In this document: piece after piece, positions 18,279 through 28,716 of the stretch
Numbering within the stretch: position 1 is the first letter of the stretch
Layout: the number at the start of each line of letters is the position of its first letter
Assembly (NCBI GenBank): GCA_964654995.1
Contig: CAZZKF010000002.1
Location: 3,113-67,112 of the forward strand
Direction of reading: 5' to 3'
DNA length: 64,000 nt
From: an uncultured Alphaproteobacteria bacterium
GTDB taxonomy: Bacteria; Pseudomonadota; Alphaproteobacteria; CAZZKF01
Notes under the pieces: model-generated
The model's database searches: none
What the model was told of the DNA's origin: nothing
Seen by the model: the letters and a program-made list of their open reading frames with translations, nothing else
Made by a program: the position numbers and the translations under genes

Positions 18279-19438
18279 CGCACCGGTGCCCGGGTCAGGC
18301 GCCCGCCGGTGATCGGCCGGGGCACGCCGGTGGTGCCGGGAAAGCTGAGCGCCAGGCCCTCAAGACTGCGCACCGCGAGATAGGCGAAGGCTTCGGCCTC
18401 CAGCGCATCGCCGCGCCAGCCCTGGCTCTCGACCGGCTCGACCGCCACACCCAGTTCGGCCGCCAGCGCCGCCATCAGTGTGGCGTTATGGCGCCCGCCG
18501 CCGGTGACCAGCCAGCGCCGCGCCGGCTCGGGAAACAGGGCGGCCCCGGCCGCCACCGCACGCGCCACCCAGGCGGTGAGCGTCGCGGCACCGTCGGCCA
18601 GCGACAGGGACGCCGCGGCGTCAATCGAAAGGTCGTTGCGATCCAGAGACTTCGGCAGCGCCCGGGCAAAATAGGGCTGATCCATCAGCCGCCCGAGCAC
18701 CCGGTCATCGATGCGGCCGCCGGCGGCCAGCCGGCCGTCTACGTCCATCTCGCCCGCCCCATGGGCCCGCAGCCAGTCGTCGATGGGGGCGTTGCCGGGG
18801 CCGGTATCGAAGGCCATCAGCGCCTCTTGCGGGCAATCGCCAACGGCGTCGGGATCCGGAATCCAGGTGACATTGGCAACCCCGCCGATGTTCAGCACCG
18901 CCAGGGGCCACACTTCATTGGGCCGAAGCCCGGGCAAATCGGCCCGGGCCAGCGCCAGATGATAGACCGGGGCCAGGGGCGCGCCCTGGCCGCCGGCCGC
19001 CATGTCGGCACCGCGAAAATCACTGACCACATCGATCGCGGTCAGCTCGGCCAGCAGCGCCGGGTCGCCGATCTGCCATGTCCAGCCGCCCTCTGGGCAG
19101 TGCAGAACCGTATGACCGTGAAATCCGATTACATCGATATTTTCGGGTGTTAGGTCGCTTTCCTTGAGCAATTCATGAATCACGTCGGCGTGTACCCGGG
19201 TGATCATCTCCTGGGCTTCGATCAGCACATCGGGCGGCGTGTCCCGAACCTCGGGCGCCGCTGCCCGCACCGCCGCATCCAGCAGGTCGCGGTCGGCCGG
19301 CTCGTATGGTCGGGTCGTCCAAGGCCCGAACCCGTGGATCGTGGTGCCACAGGTGCGCACAATGGCGGCGTCGATGCCGTCCATCGAGGTACCGCTCATC
19401 AAGCCGATCGCGGTTCTGATGCGTGACGCCTGGTTCAT
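18275..19438 (-). CDS. anmK: anhydro-N-acetylmuramic acid kinase
   Basis: [18 protein letters not shown]-terminus and overall AnmK length; divergent from tyrS as in many Proteobacteria. Confidence 0.85.
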   Translation of the reverse strand: MNQASRIRTAIGLMSGTSMDGIDAAIVRTCGTTIHGFGPWTTRPYEPADRDLLDAAVRAAAPEVRDTPPDVLIEAQEMITRVHADVIHELLKESDLTPENIDVIGFHGHTVLHCPEGGWTWQIGDPALLAELTAIDVVSDFRGADMAAGGQGAPLAPVYHLALARADLPGLRPNEVWPLAVLNIGGVANVTWIPDPDAVGDCPQEALMAFDTGPGNAPIDDWLRAHGAGEMDVDGRLAAGGRIDDRVLGRLMDQPYFARALPKSLDRNDLSIDAAASLSLADGAATLTAWVARAVAAGAALFPEPARRWLVTGGGRHNATLMAALAAELGVAVEPVESQGWRGDALEAEAFAYLAVRSLEGLALSFPGTTGVPRPITGGRLTRAPVR

Positions 19439-19560
19439 GGCTTCTCGTTCCCCTGCGCCGCCAGTCTAGGCGGCGTTGTGGGGGGCCGGCAATTGTGTTA
19501 CATGATCGACCGCCGGCGCCGGCCGGCGGCACGCCTGAAACAGACCAGATCAGACCTCCG

Positions 19561-20820
19561 ATGACACGTTTTCGCTCGGACTTCCTGCGCACCATCGAGG
19601 CGCGCGCCTATCTGCATCAGTGTACCGACCCCGAAGGGCTCGATGAGCTGGCGTGCAGCCAGGCCATCGCCGGCTACATCGGCTTCGACTGCACGGCGCC
19701 AAGCCTGCACGTCGGCAGCCTGGTGCAGATCATGTTGCTGCGCCATCTGCAGCGCAGCGGTCACCGGCCGATCGTGCTGCTCGGCGGCGGCACCACCAAG
19801 ATCGGTGACCCGTCGGGCCGGGATGAATCGCGCCGGCTGCTGAGCGAAGAGGAAATCGCCGCCAACACTGCCGCCATCCGCGCCGTCATCGGCCGGTTTC
19901 TCAGCTTTGGCGATGGCCCGCAGGACGCCATTCTGGTCGACAACGCCGAATGGCTGGACGGCCTCGCCTTGATCCCCTTCCTGCGCGACTACGGGCGCCA
20001 TTTCTCGATCAACCGGATGCTGACCATGGACAGCGTGCGCCTGCGCCTCGAGCGTGAGCAGCCGCTCTCCTTTCTCGAGTTCAATTACATGGTGCTCCAG
20101 GCCTATGATTTTCTCGAGCTCTACCGGCGCTACGACTGCCGGTTGCAGATGGGCGGCTCGGACCAGTGGGGCAACATCGTCGCCGGCATCGATCTGGCGC
20201 GCCGGGTCGAGCAGGCAACTCTCTTCGGCCTGACCGCGCCGCTGATCACCACCAGCGCCGGCATCAAGATGGGCAAGACGGCGGAAGGCGCCGTCTGGCT
20301 CAGCCCCGAGCTGCTCTCGCCCTACGACTACTGGCAGTTCTGGCGCAATACCGATGATGCCGATGTCGGGCGTTTCCTGCGCCTGTTCACCGAGCTGCCG
20401 CTCGACGAGATCGCCCGGCTGGAGCGCCTCGAAGGCGAAGAGATCAATGCCGCCAAAAAGGTGCTGGCCAACGAGGCGACCCGGCTGTGCCATGGCGAGG
20501 CGGCGGCACGCGCCGCCGAAGAGACGGCGCGGCGCACCTTCGAGGAAGGCGCGATCGGTGCCGACCTGCCGACCCTGGAGGTTGCGCCCGCCCGCCTTGA
20601 AGCTGGCATCCCCGCCTACGTACTGTTGCGCGAGGCCGGGCTGTGTGCGTCGAACGGCGAGGCCCGGCGCCTGATCCGCGGCGGTGGCGCGCGATTGAAC
20701 GGCGAGAAGATCACGGCTGAAGACACCCCGATTTCAACCCGTGATCTTGGCCCCGACGGACTGCTCAAGCTGTCGGCCGGCCGCAAGCGCCACGCCCTGG
20801 TGCGCATTCAGCCGCAATAG
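19561..20820 (+). CDS. tyrS: tyrosine--tRNA ligase
   Basis: Start MTRFRSDFL at 19561; HIGH-like [19 protein letters not shown] (KMSKS) motif, C-terminal S4 domain. Confidence 0.9.
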   Translation: MTRFRSDFLRTIEARAYLHQCTDPEGLDELACSQAIAGYIGFDCTAPSLHVGSLVQIMLLRHLQRSGHRPIVLLGGGTTKIGDPSGRDESRRLLSEEEIAANTAAIRAVIGRFLSFGDGPQDAILVDNAEWLDGLALIPFLRDYGRHFSINRMLTMDSVRLRLEREQPLSFLEFNYMVLQAYDFLELYRRYDCRLQMGGSDQWGNIVAGIDLARRVEQATLFGLTAPLITTSAGIKMGKTAEGAVWLSPELLSPYDYWQFWRNTDDADVGRFLRLFTELPLDEIARLERLEGEEINAAKKVLANEATRLCHGEAAARAAEETARRTFEEGAIGADLPTLEVAPARLEAGIPAYVLLREAGLCASNGEARRLIRGGGARLNGEKITAEDTPISTRDLGPDGLLKLSAGRKRHALVRIQPQ

Positions 20821-20833
20821 GTACGTTCGAACC

Positions 20834-23800
20834 TCAGCCGTCGTCAGGAGCCGCTGGTGCCGGCGTTTCCGGTTCGCTCGCGGGCTCCGTTTCATCCGGG
20901 GGTGGCGGCGGCGCCGGATCAGCCGGGACAACGCTGTCCGGCGCGTCTTCGGCCGGTGCGACGGCGTCCGGTTCGCTTGGTACGGCACCGTCGATCTTGT
21001 CGTCGGCGGTTTCGCCCTCGGCCGGGCGTTCGGGTTCGGGCACCGAGCCGCCGAACAGGCTGCGCAGAATCCCCGGCGCCAGGCCTGAGAGCGGATTGAC
21101 CGAAATCTCGGGCGCGTCGCGAGCACCGCTGACCTTGTAGGTAAAGGCGAACAGGCCCTCGCCCTTGGGTCCGGTCAGGATGGTACCGACGATCGGCAGG
21201 CTGCGCAGAATCGTGTTCAGCGTATAGGCCGGGATGACGGTGCCGCGCATCTCGATGGTCGAGCGGCGGTTGTCGACCCAGCCCTCGACGGTGATGCCCA
21301 AGGCCGGCCCGTGGGCCCGCGCCTTTCTGGTGCGCAGCAGGCCGTCCTTGAGGGTAAACGGTATCTTCAACTTCCTGAAGGTGATCCCCTCGCCATTGAG
21401 CAGCTCGCCGATACCGGTGAGCGAACCGAGTGTCAGGATGCGGGCGAGGACCGGCGCATTCACCACCCGGAACCCCTTGACCAGCAATTCGCCTTCCATC
21501 GGACTGCCGGCCACCGTATCGTCGATCCTGGCGGTCAGCGTCAGCTCGCCACCGATACCGTTGTCATAGATGCCCAGCGCCCGGGCGACACGCCCGGCAT
21601 CGGTCGAGCGAATCTCCAGACTGCGGGTATCGCCCTCGCTGGTCATGACAAAGCTGAGCGGTGCGCCGTCCTCGAATTCGGCCTCGGCCCGGGCCGCGCG
21701 CCAGCGGTCCTGGTGATAGCTCGCCTGGGCGGAAAAATTGCCGATTTCCACATCGCCTTCGGCGATCACGGTTTCGAAACTGACCTGGGCATCGAAATCC
21801 GGCGGGCTCGCCCGCAGGGCCGAGGGCACGAGCAGCGAGCGTATCAGCGGCCGGATATCGAATGAGGGGCCGTCGAGCGTGATCGCCAGCACCCCGTCGG
21901 CGCCGCGCTCGGCCCGGGCCGACAATTCGGTGCGGCCATGCTTCAAGTGATCGATGGCAAAGGATTCGAGTCCTTCGTCCGGGCCGAGAACGAACTGTCC
22001 GTCCGCCTCCAGATCCGGAGCGATGAGGCGGAAATGGTCGGCCCGCAATCGATCTCCGTCCGAGCGCAACGGCACCTCGAGGCGCGCCGGTGCGCCCACC
22101 GGTTTCATCCAGCCGAGCTCGTGCACCGTCACATCGGCGCCCGAAAGATCGAAGCGCATCAAGCCCTCATCGACCCGCCGGCCACGGCCGGTCACCGTGA
22201 GCACCGCGTCGATCGGGCCCCGCACATAGCCGGCACCGGGCAGACCGAGACGGTCCAGATCCCCCTCTCCCAGCGTCGCGGCCAGCCGATAGCGGCTGCT
22301 TGAGCCTTGCCGGTTGGTGAAGTCCTCGTCCCAGGACAAGGCAAAGGGCACGTCGTTGAGGCGGATCTCGCCGCTGGCGGCGAGCCTGCGGTGAGTCGCC
22401 CGCACTCTTAAGTCCCCGCCGTCGATACGGAAGGACTTGAGCAAATTGGCGATGGAGGCGTCGCTCACCCGGGCATCCGCCTCGAACCACACCTGCTCGA
22501 AGGTCAGCCTGGGCACCAGCGGGAAGCGGAACCGCGCCCGGGTCTCGGCATGGCCGCCGGCATCCGCCGGATCAATGCCCACGCGCGTCATAAATTCCAG
22601 TGGCGGATAGTCGAGCATCCGCAGCGATTCCGCCAGCGACCCCGACACGGTGAGGGAAATATCGGCGGTCGCCTTGCCGCGACGGTTGATCTTGTCGAGG
22701 AAAATCCGGCCGCCTTCAATCGTCAGGCCAGCGACGTGGCCGCGTTCGACTTCGACATCGAGAAAGCCGTTGGTCAGCCGGCCGAACCCGTGGGCATCTT
22801 CGAGCAGCGGAAAAGCCTTGACGAATCGGGCGACCAGATCGGTGCCGCGAAAGCGAACGTCGATGGTATCGGCCGGCAGCGGGCGAACCTTCAGCATGCC
22901 GGGCTTGATGTCGACCTGCACGCTGCCCTCCGGGAAGCGCCCGGAGCGGATGTTGGCGGCGACCCAACGCCGGGCATTGGGCGCCAGCGGCAGCGGCCAG
23001 TATCGGTGCACGTCGGCGACCGTCAGGTCCTGAAACTGGCCGTAAAAACGAATCCCTGTGCCGTCGGCCCCGAAAGTGACGCGCCCCTCGCCCTCCACCG
23101 CGCCGCGGCCGAAACGGACGTAAAGGGCGTCGACCGCCAGCTCGACCGCGGCCTTGTCAAAGCGGGCGCGCAGGCTGGCGCCATCGACCGGCACCGGCTC
23201 CGGGTACACCGCGGGCAGGTTGAGGCGCCCCTCGGCCACCGAAACATCGATGTCGATATTTTCCACCACGCCATCGGGTGACAGCGTCAGGCCGAGGGTG
23301 CCGGTCAGCGGTGCGTCCAGTGGCGCCAGCTGGCCAAGCAGGCCCTTGACCCCGGCAAAGGCGGCCGGAACCACATCGAAAAAGCCGATCCGGATGCGGG
23401 TGTTTTCGGTCCGCGCCTGATAGCCGATCTCGGCCTCGATCCGCCACAACTGCCCGAGAACGCCGAGGTGCCCGGAGACCGTGCCGCTGAGGCCGGCGGC
23501 ATCGCGCCGCAACTCGACGGCCGCGTCGGGCAGCCGCCACAAGGTGTCCGACTGTTGATCGTAGAGCAGGAAATCGCCGTCGGCGACGCGGATTCGCTCG
23601 AGATACGCGCCGGTCGAGCCCGGTGCCGGATGCTGCGAAAGAATCGACAACAGTGCCGCCAGCAGCCGAGTCGAGCCCGGCGGCTGGGCCGGTTCTCCGG
23701 GCACCGTGGCGCCCAGCATGACGCGGCCTTCTTCGGTCCGCAGCAGCCGCGCCGTCGGGCCGCGGACCGTCAATTCGCGCGGCGCCAGACGGCCGTCAAA

Positions 23801-24118
23801 AAGCGCCGCCGCGCTCAGTTCCACGGAAACTTCGGGAATTGCGCCGACCTGGGCACCACTGCGCTCATACAGGCGAAAGCCGACGGCGCGGATATCCAGT
23901 CCCCGGCCCCAGCCGCCCCAGGTCAGCACCAGATCATCGAAATCAGCCTGGTACCCGGCCTCGCCGAAGGTCAAGGCCTGGCGCGCGAGCGGCGCGAACG
24001 ACGCCAGAGACAGCGGCGCCGACGCCAGCCGCAACAGAATCGCAGCGCTGGCACCGATGACGATGATCGCCACCACCAGGGCGGCCTTGAGTAGAAATCT
24101 GCCGGTCGGGCGAATCAC
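20834..24118 (-). CDS. YhdP/AsmA-like (DUF3971-type) large inner-membrane protein with acidic Pro/Glu-rich C-terminal tail
   Basis: 1094 aa, N-terminal TM helix LLKAALVVAIIVIGASAAILL, long beta-rich body, C-terminal AsmA-like region; tail PEPERPAEGETADD...PAPPPPPDETEPASEPETPAPAAPDDG. Confidence 0.65.
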   Translation of the reverse strand: MIRPTGRFLLKAALVVAIIVIGASAAILLRLASAPLSLASFAPLARQALTFGEAGYQADFDDLVLTWGGWGRGLDIRAVGFRLYERSGAQVGAIPEVSVELSAAALFDGRLAPRELTVRGPTARLLRTEEGRVMLGATVPGEPAQPPGSTRLLAALLSILSQHPAPGSTGAYLERIRVADGDFLLYDQQSDTLWRLPDAAVELRRDAAGLSGTVSGHLGVLGQLWRIEAEIGYQARTENTRIRIGFFDVVPAAFAGVKGLLGQLAPLDAPLTGTLGLTLSPDGVVENIDIDVSVAEGRLNLPAVYPEPVPVDGASLRARFDKAAVELAVDALYVRFGRGAVEGEGRVTFGADGTGIRFYGQFQDLTVADVHRYWPLPLAPNARRWVAANIRSGRFPEGSVQVDIKPGMLKVRPLPADTIDVRFRGTDLVARFVKAFPLLEDAHGFGRLTNGFLDVEVERGHVAGLTIEGGRIFLDKINRRGKATADISLTVSGSLAESLRMLDYPPLEFMTRVGIDPADAGGHAETRARFRFPLVPRLTFEQVWFEADARVSDASIANLLKSFRIDGGDLRVRATHRRLAASGEIRLNDVPFALSWDEDFTNRQGSSSRYRLAATLGEGDLDRLGLPGAGYVRGPIDAVLTVTGRGRRVDEGLMRFDLSGADVTVHELGWMKPVGAPARLEVPLRSDGDRLRADHFRLIAPDLEADGQFVLGPDEGLESFAIDHLKHGRTELSARAERGADGVLAITLDGPSFDIRPLIRSLLVPSALRASPPDFDAQVSFETVIAEGDVEIGNFSAQASYHQDRWRAARAEAEFEDGAPLSFVMTSEGDTRSLEIRSTDAGRVARALGIYDNGIGGELTLTARIDDTVAGSPMEGELLVKGFRVVNAPVLARILTLGSLTGIGELLNGEGITFRKLKIPFTLKDGLLRTRKARAHGPALGITVEGWVDNRRSTIEMRGTVIPAYTLNTILRSLPIVGTILTGPKGEGLFAFTYKVSGARDAPEISVNPLSGLAPGILRSLFGGSVPEPERPAEGETADDKIDGAVPSEPDAVAPAEDAPDSVVPADPAPPPPPDETEPASEPETPAPAAPDDG

Positions 24119-24202
24119 TGAATCGTCTCGTTCGGCGATCGCAGCGTCTTGACGCGTTTTTCGCCGTTCCTCATTGTCCTCCGGTTACCACAACGGGGCC
24201 CC

Positions 24203-27148
24203 ATGCACCAGCTTTCACACTGCTACCGCCAACATCCGCCGCCGGCACCCCATGATCGTCGCCGCGTGCGCGACGCACTCGACGCGTGGCGGGCGGCCGC
24301 TTGCGACGCCGGCCTCGAGACCGACAGCGACCCCGAGACGGAGGCGACACTGGCGGCGATTTTCGGCAACAGCCCGTTTCTGACCGGCTGTATCCTGCGC
24401 GATCCGACGTTTGCCGCCGACCTGCTCGGCAGCCCTCCGGATGTCGTGCTGGAGCGGATTTTCGAGAATCTGGCGCAGACCGCGCCGCATCTGCAGGCGA
24501 CGCCCGCCTTGATGCGGGTTCTGCGCATTGCCCGCCAGCGCATCGCCCTGACCACGGCACTGGCCGATGTCATGGGCGTCTGGGACCTGGAAGCCGTCAC
24601 CGGAGCCTTGAGCCGCTTTGCCGAGGCCGCATTGGGTTATGCATGTGCCCATCTGTTGCGCCAGCGCGCCGAAGCCGGCGACATCACCCTGGGACCGGCG
24701 GCGGATGCGCCCGCACCGACGCCCGAGGCGATCATGGCGGGAAGCGGCCTCATCGTCCTTGGCATGGGCAAGCTGGGGGCGGGCGAGCTCAACTACTCCA
24801 GCGACATCGACCTGATCGTGCTCTATGACCCCGAGGTCGCACGCCACGGCACGAGGCGCGCCTCGCAGGCCGCGTTCATCCGGCTCGCCCGCGACCTGGT
24901 GCGCATTCTGCAGGAGCGCACCGGCGACGGCTATGTCTTTCGGGTGGACTTGCGCCTGCGCCCCGACCCCGGCGCAACGCCGGTGGCACTGTCGACCGAT
25001 GCCGCCGAGATCTATTACCAGAGCGTCGGCCTCAACTGGGAACGCGCGGCGATGATCAAGGCGCGGCCGGTGGCCGGCGATATCGCTGCCGGCACCGACT
25101 TTCTCGAGCGCATCGCGCCTTTCGTCTGGCGCCGCCATCTCGATTACGCGGCGCTCGAGGACATCCACGCCATCCGCCTGCAGATCGAGAGTTTCCATCA
25201 CCAGCGTGATATCGCGCTGCCCGGCCACGACCTCAAGCTCGGGCGTGGCGGCATCCGCGAGATCGAATTTTTCGCTCAGACCCAGCAACTGATCGTTGGT
25301 GGGCGCGATCCCTCGGTGCGCGAGCCCACCACCCTGGGCGCATTGGCGGCCCTGTGCGCCGCCGGCTGGATCGATACGGATGTCCGCGATGAGTTGAGCG
25401 CGGCCTATCGCTACCTGCGGCGCCTCGAGCACCGGCTGCAGATGATCAACGACGAGCAGACCCACACCATCCCCACCCGGCCTGACGATATCGCCCGACT
25501 GGCCGCCTTTGCCGGTGCGCCGTCGGCGGCGGCGCTCGAGGTCGAGCTGCTGGGGCATTTGCGCCGCGTTCACCGGCGCTACCAAGACCTGTTCGAGGAC
25601 AGCGCCGTGCGCGCCGCCGGACCGGCGCTGACGATCACCTCGGGACCGGACACGGCCGAGCAGATCCGGGCGCTTGGCGATCTCGGCTATGCGGATGCAG
25701 AGCGCGCGCTGGCTACCGTGAAGGCCTGGCAGCATGGGCGTTATCGGGCCTGTCGCAGCGACCGCGCGCGCCGGCTTCTCGGCGATTTGACACCGGCAAT
25801 TCTCAAGGCGCTGGGTGCGTCCGCGGATGCCGACGGGGCGCTTGCCCGCTTCGACGAGTTTCTCTCGCGCCTGCCTTCAGGCGTGCAGCTTTTCTCGCTG
25901 TTCCATGCCCACCCGTGGCTGCTCGAGCTGTTGTCCGAAATCCTCGGCGGGGCACCGCGTCTGGCCGACGCGTTGAGCCGCGCCCCGGGGCTGCTCGACG
26001 CGGTTCTGGGGCCGGATTTCTTCGCGCCGCCGCCGGGTCCGGAGACCCTCGAGCAATCGCTGGACGAAGCCCTGGCGCCGGCCCGCGATTATCAGGATCT
26101 GCTCGACCTGGCGCGGCGCTGGTGCAATGAGCTCAAGTTCCGCATCGGCGTTCTCGTCCTTCGCAACGTGATCGACGGCCTGGCCGCCGGGCGCGCCCAG
26201 AGTGACATCGCGGACGCCCTGATCCGTGCACTTCTGCCCCGCGTGGCAGATGAATTCGCCCGCCAGCACGGGCGCATCGAAGGTGCCGGCCTGGCGGTCG
26301 TGGCGCTGGGCAAGCTGGGTGGGCGGGAATTGACGCCGACCTCGGATCTCGATCTGGTGTTCATCTACGAGGCCAGGGACGATGACGCGGTCTCGGGCGG
26401 CGCCAGGCCGTTGCCGGTGAGCCAGTATTTCGCCCGGCTCAGCCAGCGGCTCATCGCGGCGCTCACCGCGCTGACCGCAGAAGGCCGGCTTTATCAGGTC
26501 GACATGCGGCTGCGCCCGTCCGGCCGGGCCGGGCCGATCGCCGTGTCGCTCGACCGGTTCGAAACCTACCACCGCGACCATGCCTGGACCTGGGAACATA
26601 TGGCGCTGACACGCGCCCGCCCGGTGGCCGGACCGCCGGCGCTGTGCACGCGCATCGACCGTATCACGCGCGCGGTGCTGACCCGCCCCCGTGACCCGGA
26701 TGAGCTGCGCGCCGATGTTGCCGAGATGCGCACCCGTCTGGAAGCCGAATTTCCGACCACCAACCCCTGGGACATCAAGCATGTCCGCGGCGGTCTTCTC
26801 GATCTCGAGTTCATCGCCCAGTATCTGGTGCTGCGCCACGCGGCAGACGCCCGGCGGGTGCTGTGTCCGACGACGGCGGAAGTATTTTCGCGGCTGGCCG
26901 CAGCCGGGCTGATGCCCGAGATGGAGGCCAGAGAGTTCCGCGCAGCGACCGAATTTCAGCAGAACATCCAGCAGTTCCTGAGGCTGTGTTTCGAAGGCCC
27001 GTTCACCGAAGATTCGGCCCCGGCGGGCCTCAAGCGGGCATTGGCCGCCGCCGCCGGATGTTCCGGCTTTGACGCCCTCAAACGCCGCTTGCTGGAAACC
27101 CAGGATTGGGTCCGTAGCCGCTACGCCAAGTATCTGGAGACGCCCTGA
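24203..27148 (+). CDS. glnE: bifunctional glutamine synthetase adenylyltransferase/adenylyl-removing enzyme
   Basis: Start MHQLSHCYRQ at 24203; two nucleotidyltransferase modules (GMGKLGAGELNYSSDIDL and ALGKLGGRELTPTSDLDL). Confidence 0.9.
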   Translation: MHQLSHCYRQHPPPAPHDRRRVRDALDAWRAAACDAGLETDSDPETEATLAAIFGNSPFLTGCILRDPTFAADLLGSPPDVVLERIFENLAQTAPHLQATPALMRVLRIARQRIALTTALADVMGVWDLEAVTGALSRFAEAALGYACAHLLRQRAEAGDITLGPAADAPAPTPEAIMAGSGLIVLGMGKLGAGELNYSSDIDLIVLYDPEVARHGTRRASQAAFIRLARDLVRILQERTGDGYVFRVDLRLRPDPGATPVALSTDAAEIYYQSVGLNWERAAMIKARPVAGDIAAGTDFLERIAPFVWRRHLDYAALEDIHAIRLQIESFHHQRDIALPGHDLKLGRGGIREIEFFAQTQQLIVGGRDPSVREPTTLGALAALCAAGWIDTDVRDELSAAYRYLRRLEHRLQMINDEQTHTIPTRPDDIARLAAFAGAPSAAALEVELLGHLRRVHRRYQDLFEDSAVRAAGPALTITSGPDTAEQIRALGDLGYADAERALATVKAWQHGRYRACRSDRARRLLGDLTPAILKALGASADADGALARFDEFLSRLPSGVQLFSLFHAHPWLLELLSEILGGAPRLADALSRAPGLLDAVLGPDFFAPPPGPETLEQSLDEALAPARDYQDLLDLARRWCNELKFRIGVLVLRNVIDGLAAGRAQSDIADALIRALLPRVADEFARQHGRIEGAGLAVVALGKLGGRELTPTSDLDLVFIYEARDDDAVSGGARPLPVSQYFARLSQRLIAALTALTAEGRLYQVDMRLRPSGRAGPIAVSLDRFETYHRDHAWTWEHMALTRARPVAGPPALCTRIDRITRAVLTRPRDPDELRADVAEMRTRLEAEFPTTNPWDIKHVRGGLLDLEFIAQYLVLRHAADARRVLCPTTAEVFSRLAAAGLMPEMEAREFRAATEFQQNIQQFLRLCFEGPFTEDSAPAGLKRALAAAAGCSGFDALKRRLLETQDWVRSRYAKYLETP

Positions 27149-27211
27149 TTTTCTTGATATATGACCTTAGCGTCATAAATTAACGATCTGTAATAACGGG
27201 AGGAACATGAC

Positions 27212-27688
27212 ATGCCGAAAGAGCTTTCCGAGGGCGATTCAGCGCCTGATTTCACCCTGCCGCGCGACGGCGGCGGCACCGTGTCACTGGCCGATTTCGC
27301 CGGTCGGCCGCTGGTTCTCTATTTCTATCCCAAGGACGATACGCCCGGCTGCACCCGCGAAGCGATCGCCTTTAGCGAACTGGCCGAGCGTTTTGCCAAG
27401 GCCGGAGCGGCAATCGTCGGCGTCTCCAAGGACAGCGTTGCCCGCCACGACAAATTCCGCGACAAGCACGGCCTCAAGGTCATCCTTGCTTCCGACGAGG
27501 ACGCCAAAACCATCGAGGCTTACGGCGTCTGGGTCGAAAAGAAGCTTTACGGCCGCACCTACATGGGGATCGAGCGCGCGACCTTCCTGATCGACGGCAC
27601 CGGTACCATCCGGCGCATCTGGCGCAAGGTCAGGGTCAAGGGCCATGCCGAAGAGGTCCTGGCCGCGGTCGAAGCTCTCGGCGCCTGA
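27212..27688 (+). CDS. bcp: thioredoxin-dependent peroxiredoxin Bcp/PrxQ
   Basis: 158 aa; FTPGCT peroxidatic Cys motif (DDTPGCTREA). Confidence 0.85.
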   Translation: MPKELSEGDSAPDFTLPRDGGGTVSLADFAGRPLVLYFYPKDDTPGCTREAIAFSELAERFAKAGAAIVGVSKDSVARHDKFRDKHGLKVILASDEDAKTIEAYGVWVEKKLYGRTYMGIERATFLIDGTGTIRRIWRKVRVKGHAEEVLAAVEALGA

Positions 27689-27701
27689 CCGGCCGTCGCA
27701 G

Positions 27702-28595
27702 ATGACCGCCCCGGCGCCTGAAAACACTGCTGGCGGCACCCTGATCGCCCATGGCCTTGCCGTGCTTCACGAGGCCGACCCATGGGCCAAGGCACGGCGC
27801 ACGGCGGATGTGGCCCGTTTGTGGCGCAGTCGCAAACTGTCTGTCGGCATCGAACGCGGGGAGGACCGCCCGGCGCCGCCCGAGCACCCGGCACGCCCGG
27901 CGCGGCCCCGGCTGATGGCGCCCCGGGCCATGGCGCGGCGCCGGGCCGGCTCGGGGACACGCGGGCGAATCGCTCTCATCCACGCCCTGTCCCATATTGA
28001 GCTCAATGCCATCGATCTCGCCTGGGATCTGATCGTGCGATTCGCCGAATCGTCGCTGCCGCGGGCCTTCTTCGACGACTGGGTGACGGTCGCCGCCGAC
28101 GAGGCTCGCCATTTCCTGATGTTGAGCGGCAGGCTTGGTGAGCTCGGCGCCGGCTACGGCGACCTGCCGGCCCATGACGGCCTGTGGCAGGCCGCCTCTG
28201 AGACCCGCCATGACCTGCTGGCCCGTCTCGCCGTGGTGCCACTGGTGCTGGAAGCCCGTGGACTTGACGTGACACCTGCCATGGCGGACCGGCTCGCGCG
28301 CGCCGGCGATTCCTTAACCTCCGGAATCATAAGGGAAATCATGAATGACGAAATCGCCCATGTCGGCGCCGGCCGGCACTGGTTCGAGCATCTTTGCCGA
28401 TCACGCGGACAGGACCCGATCGCCACCTATCAGGCGCTGGTGCGGCGCCATTTCCGAGGGCGCATCAAGCCGCCGTTCAATACGGCAGCACGTGATCGTG
28501 CCGGTTTCGGCGCCGAATATTATCGCTCCCTGGTGCCGACAGCGGCCAATAGCCAGACGGTAGAAGATCATGCCGGTGGTGCGCGGAATGGTTAG
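27702..28595 (+). CDS. ferritin-like DUF455 family protein
   Basis: Start MTAPAPEN at 27702, 14 nt after bcp stop; HALSHIELNAIDLAWD and DEARHF...EIAHV di-iron-like ExxH pairs. Confidence 0.55.
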   Translation: MTAPAPENTAGGTLIAHGLAVLHEADPWAKARRTADVARLWRSRKLSVGIERGEDRPAPPEHPARPARPRLMAPRAMARRRAGSGTRGRIALIHALSHIELNAIDLAWDLIVRFAESSLPRAFFDDWVTVAADEARHFLMLSGRLGELGAGYGDLPAHDGLWQAASETRHDLLARLAVVPLVLEARGLDVTPAMADRLARAGDSLTSGIIREIMNDEIAHVGAGRHWFEHLCRSRGQDPIATYQALVRRHFRGRIKPPFNTAARDRAGFGAEYYRSLVPTAANSQTVEDHAGGARNG

Positions 28596-28597
28596 CC

Positions 28598-28666
28598 TAA
28601 TGGTTTGTTAATGGCTGTCGAATAGCGTTAATCGGTTGAAAAATGTCCGTTTATGGTTTGCAATGG
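28598..28666. promoter_or_regulatory. array of TTAATGG-like direct repeats at 11/20/22/11-nt spacing upstream of the M23 peptidase/bactofilin pair
   Basis: Seen in sequence: taatgg(28598) ttaatgg(28608) ttaatcgg(28628) tttatgg(28650) caatgg(28661). Confidence 0.25.
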
Positions 28667-28716
28667 CGGCCACATTCACATATCGATCGTGTCTTTAGAC
28701 GTTGGGTCGGGGTGTT

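Noticed and set aside
20821-20833. tRNA-like GTTCGAACC string between tyrS and the YhdP-like gene
   Set aside because: Only a T-loop-like 9-mer within a 13-nt convergent gap; no acceptor/anticodon arms possible.
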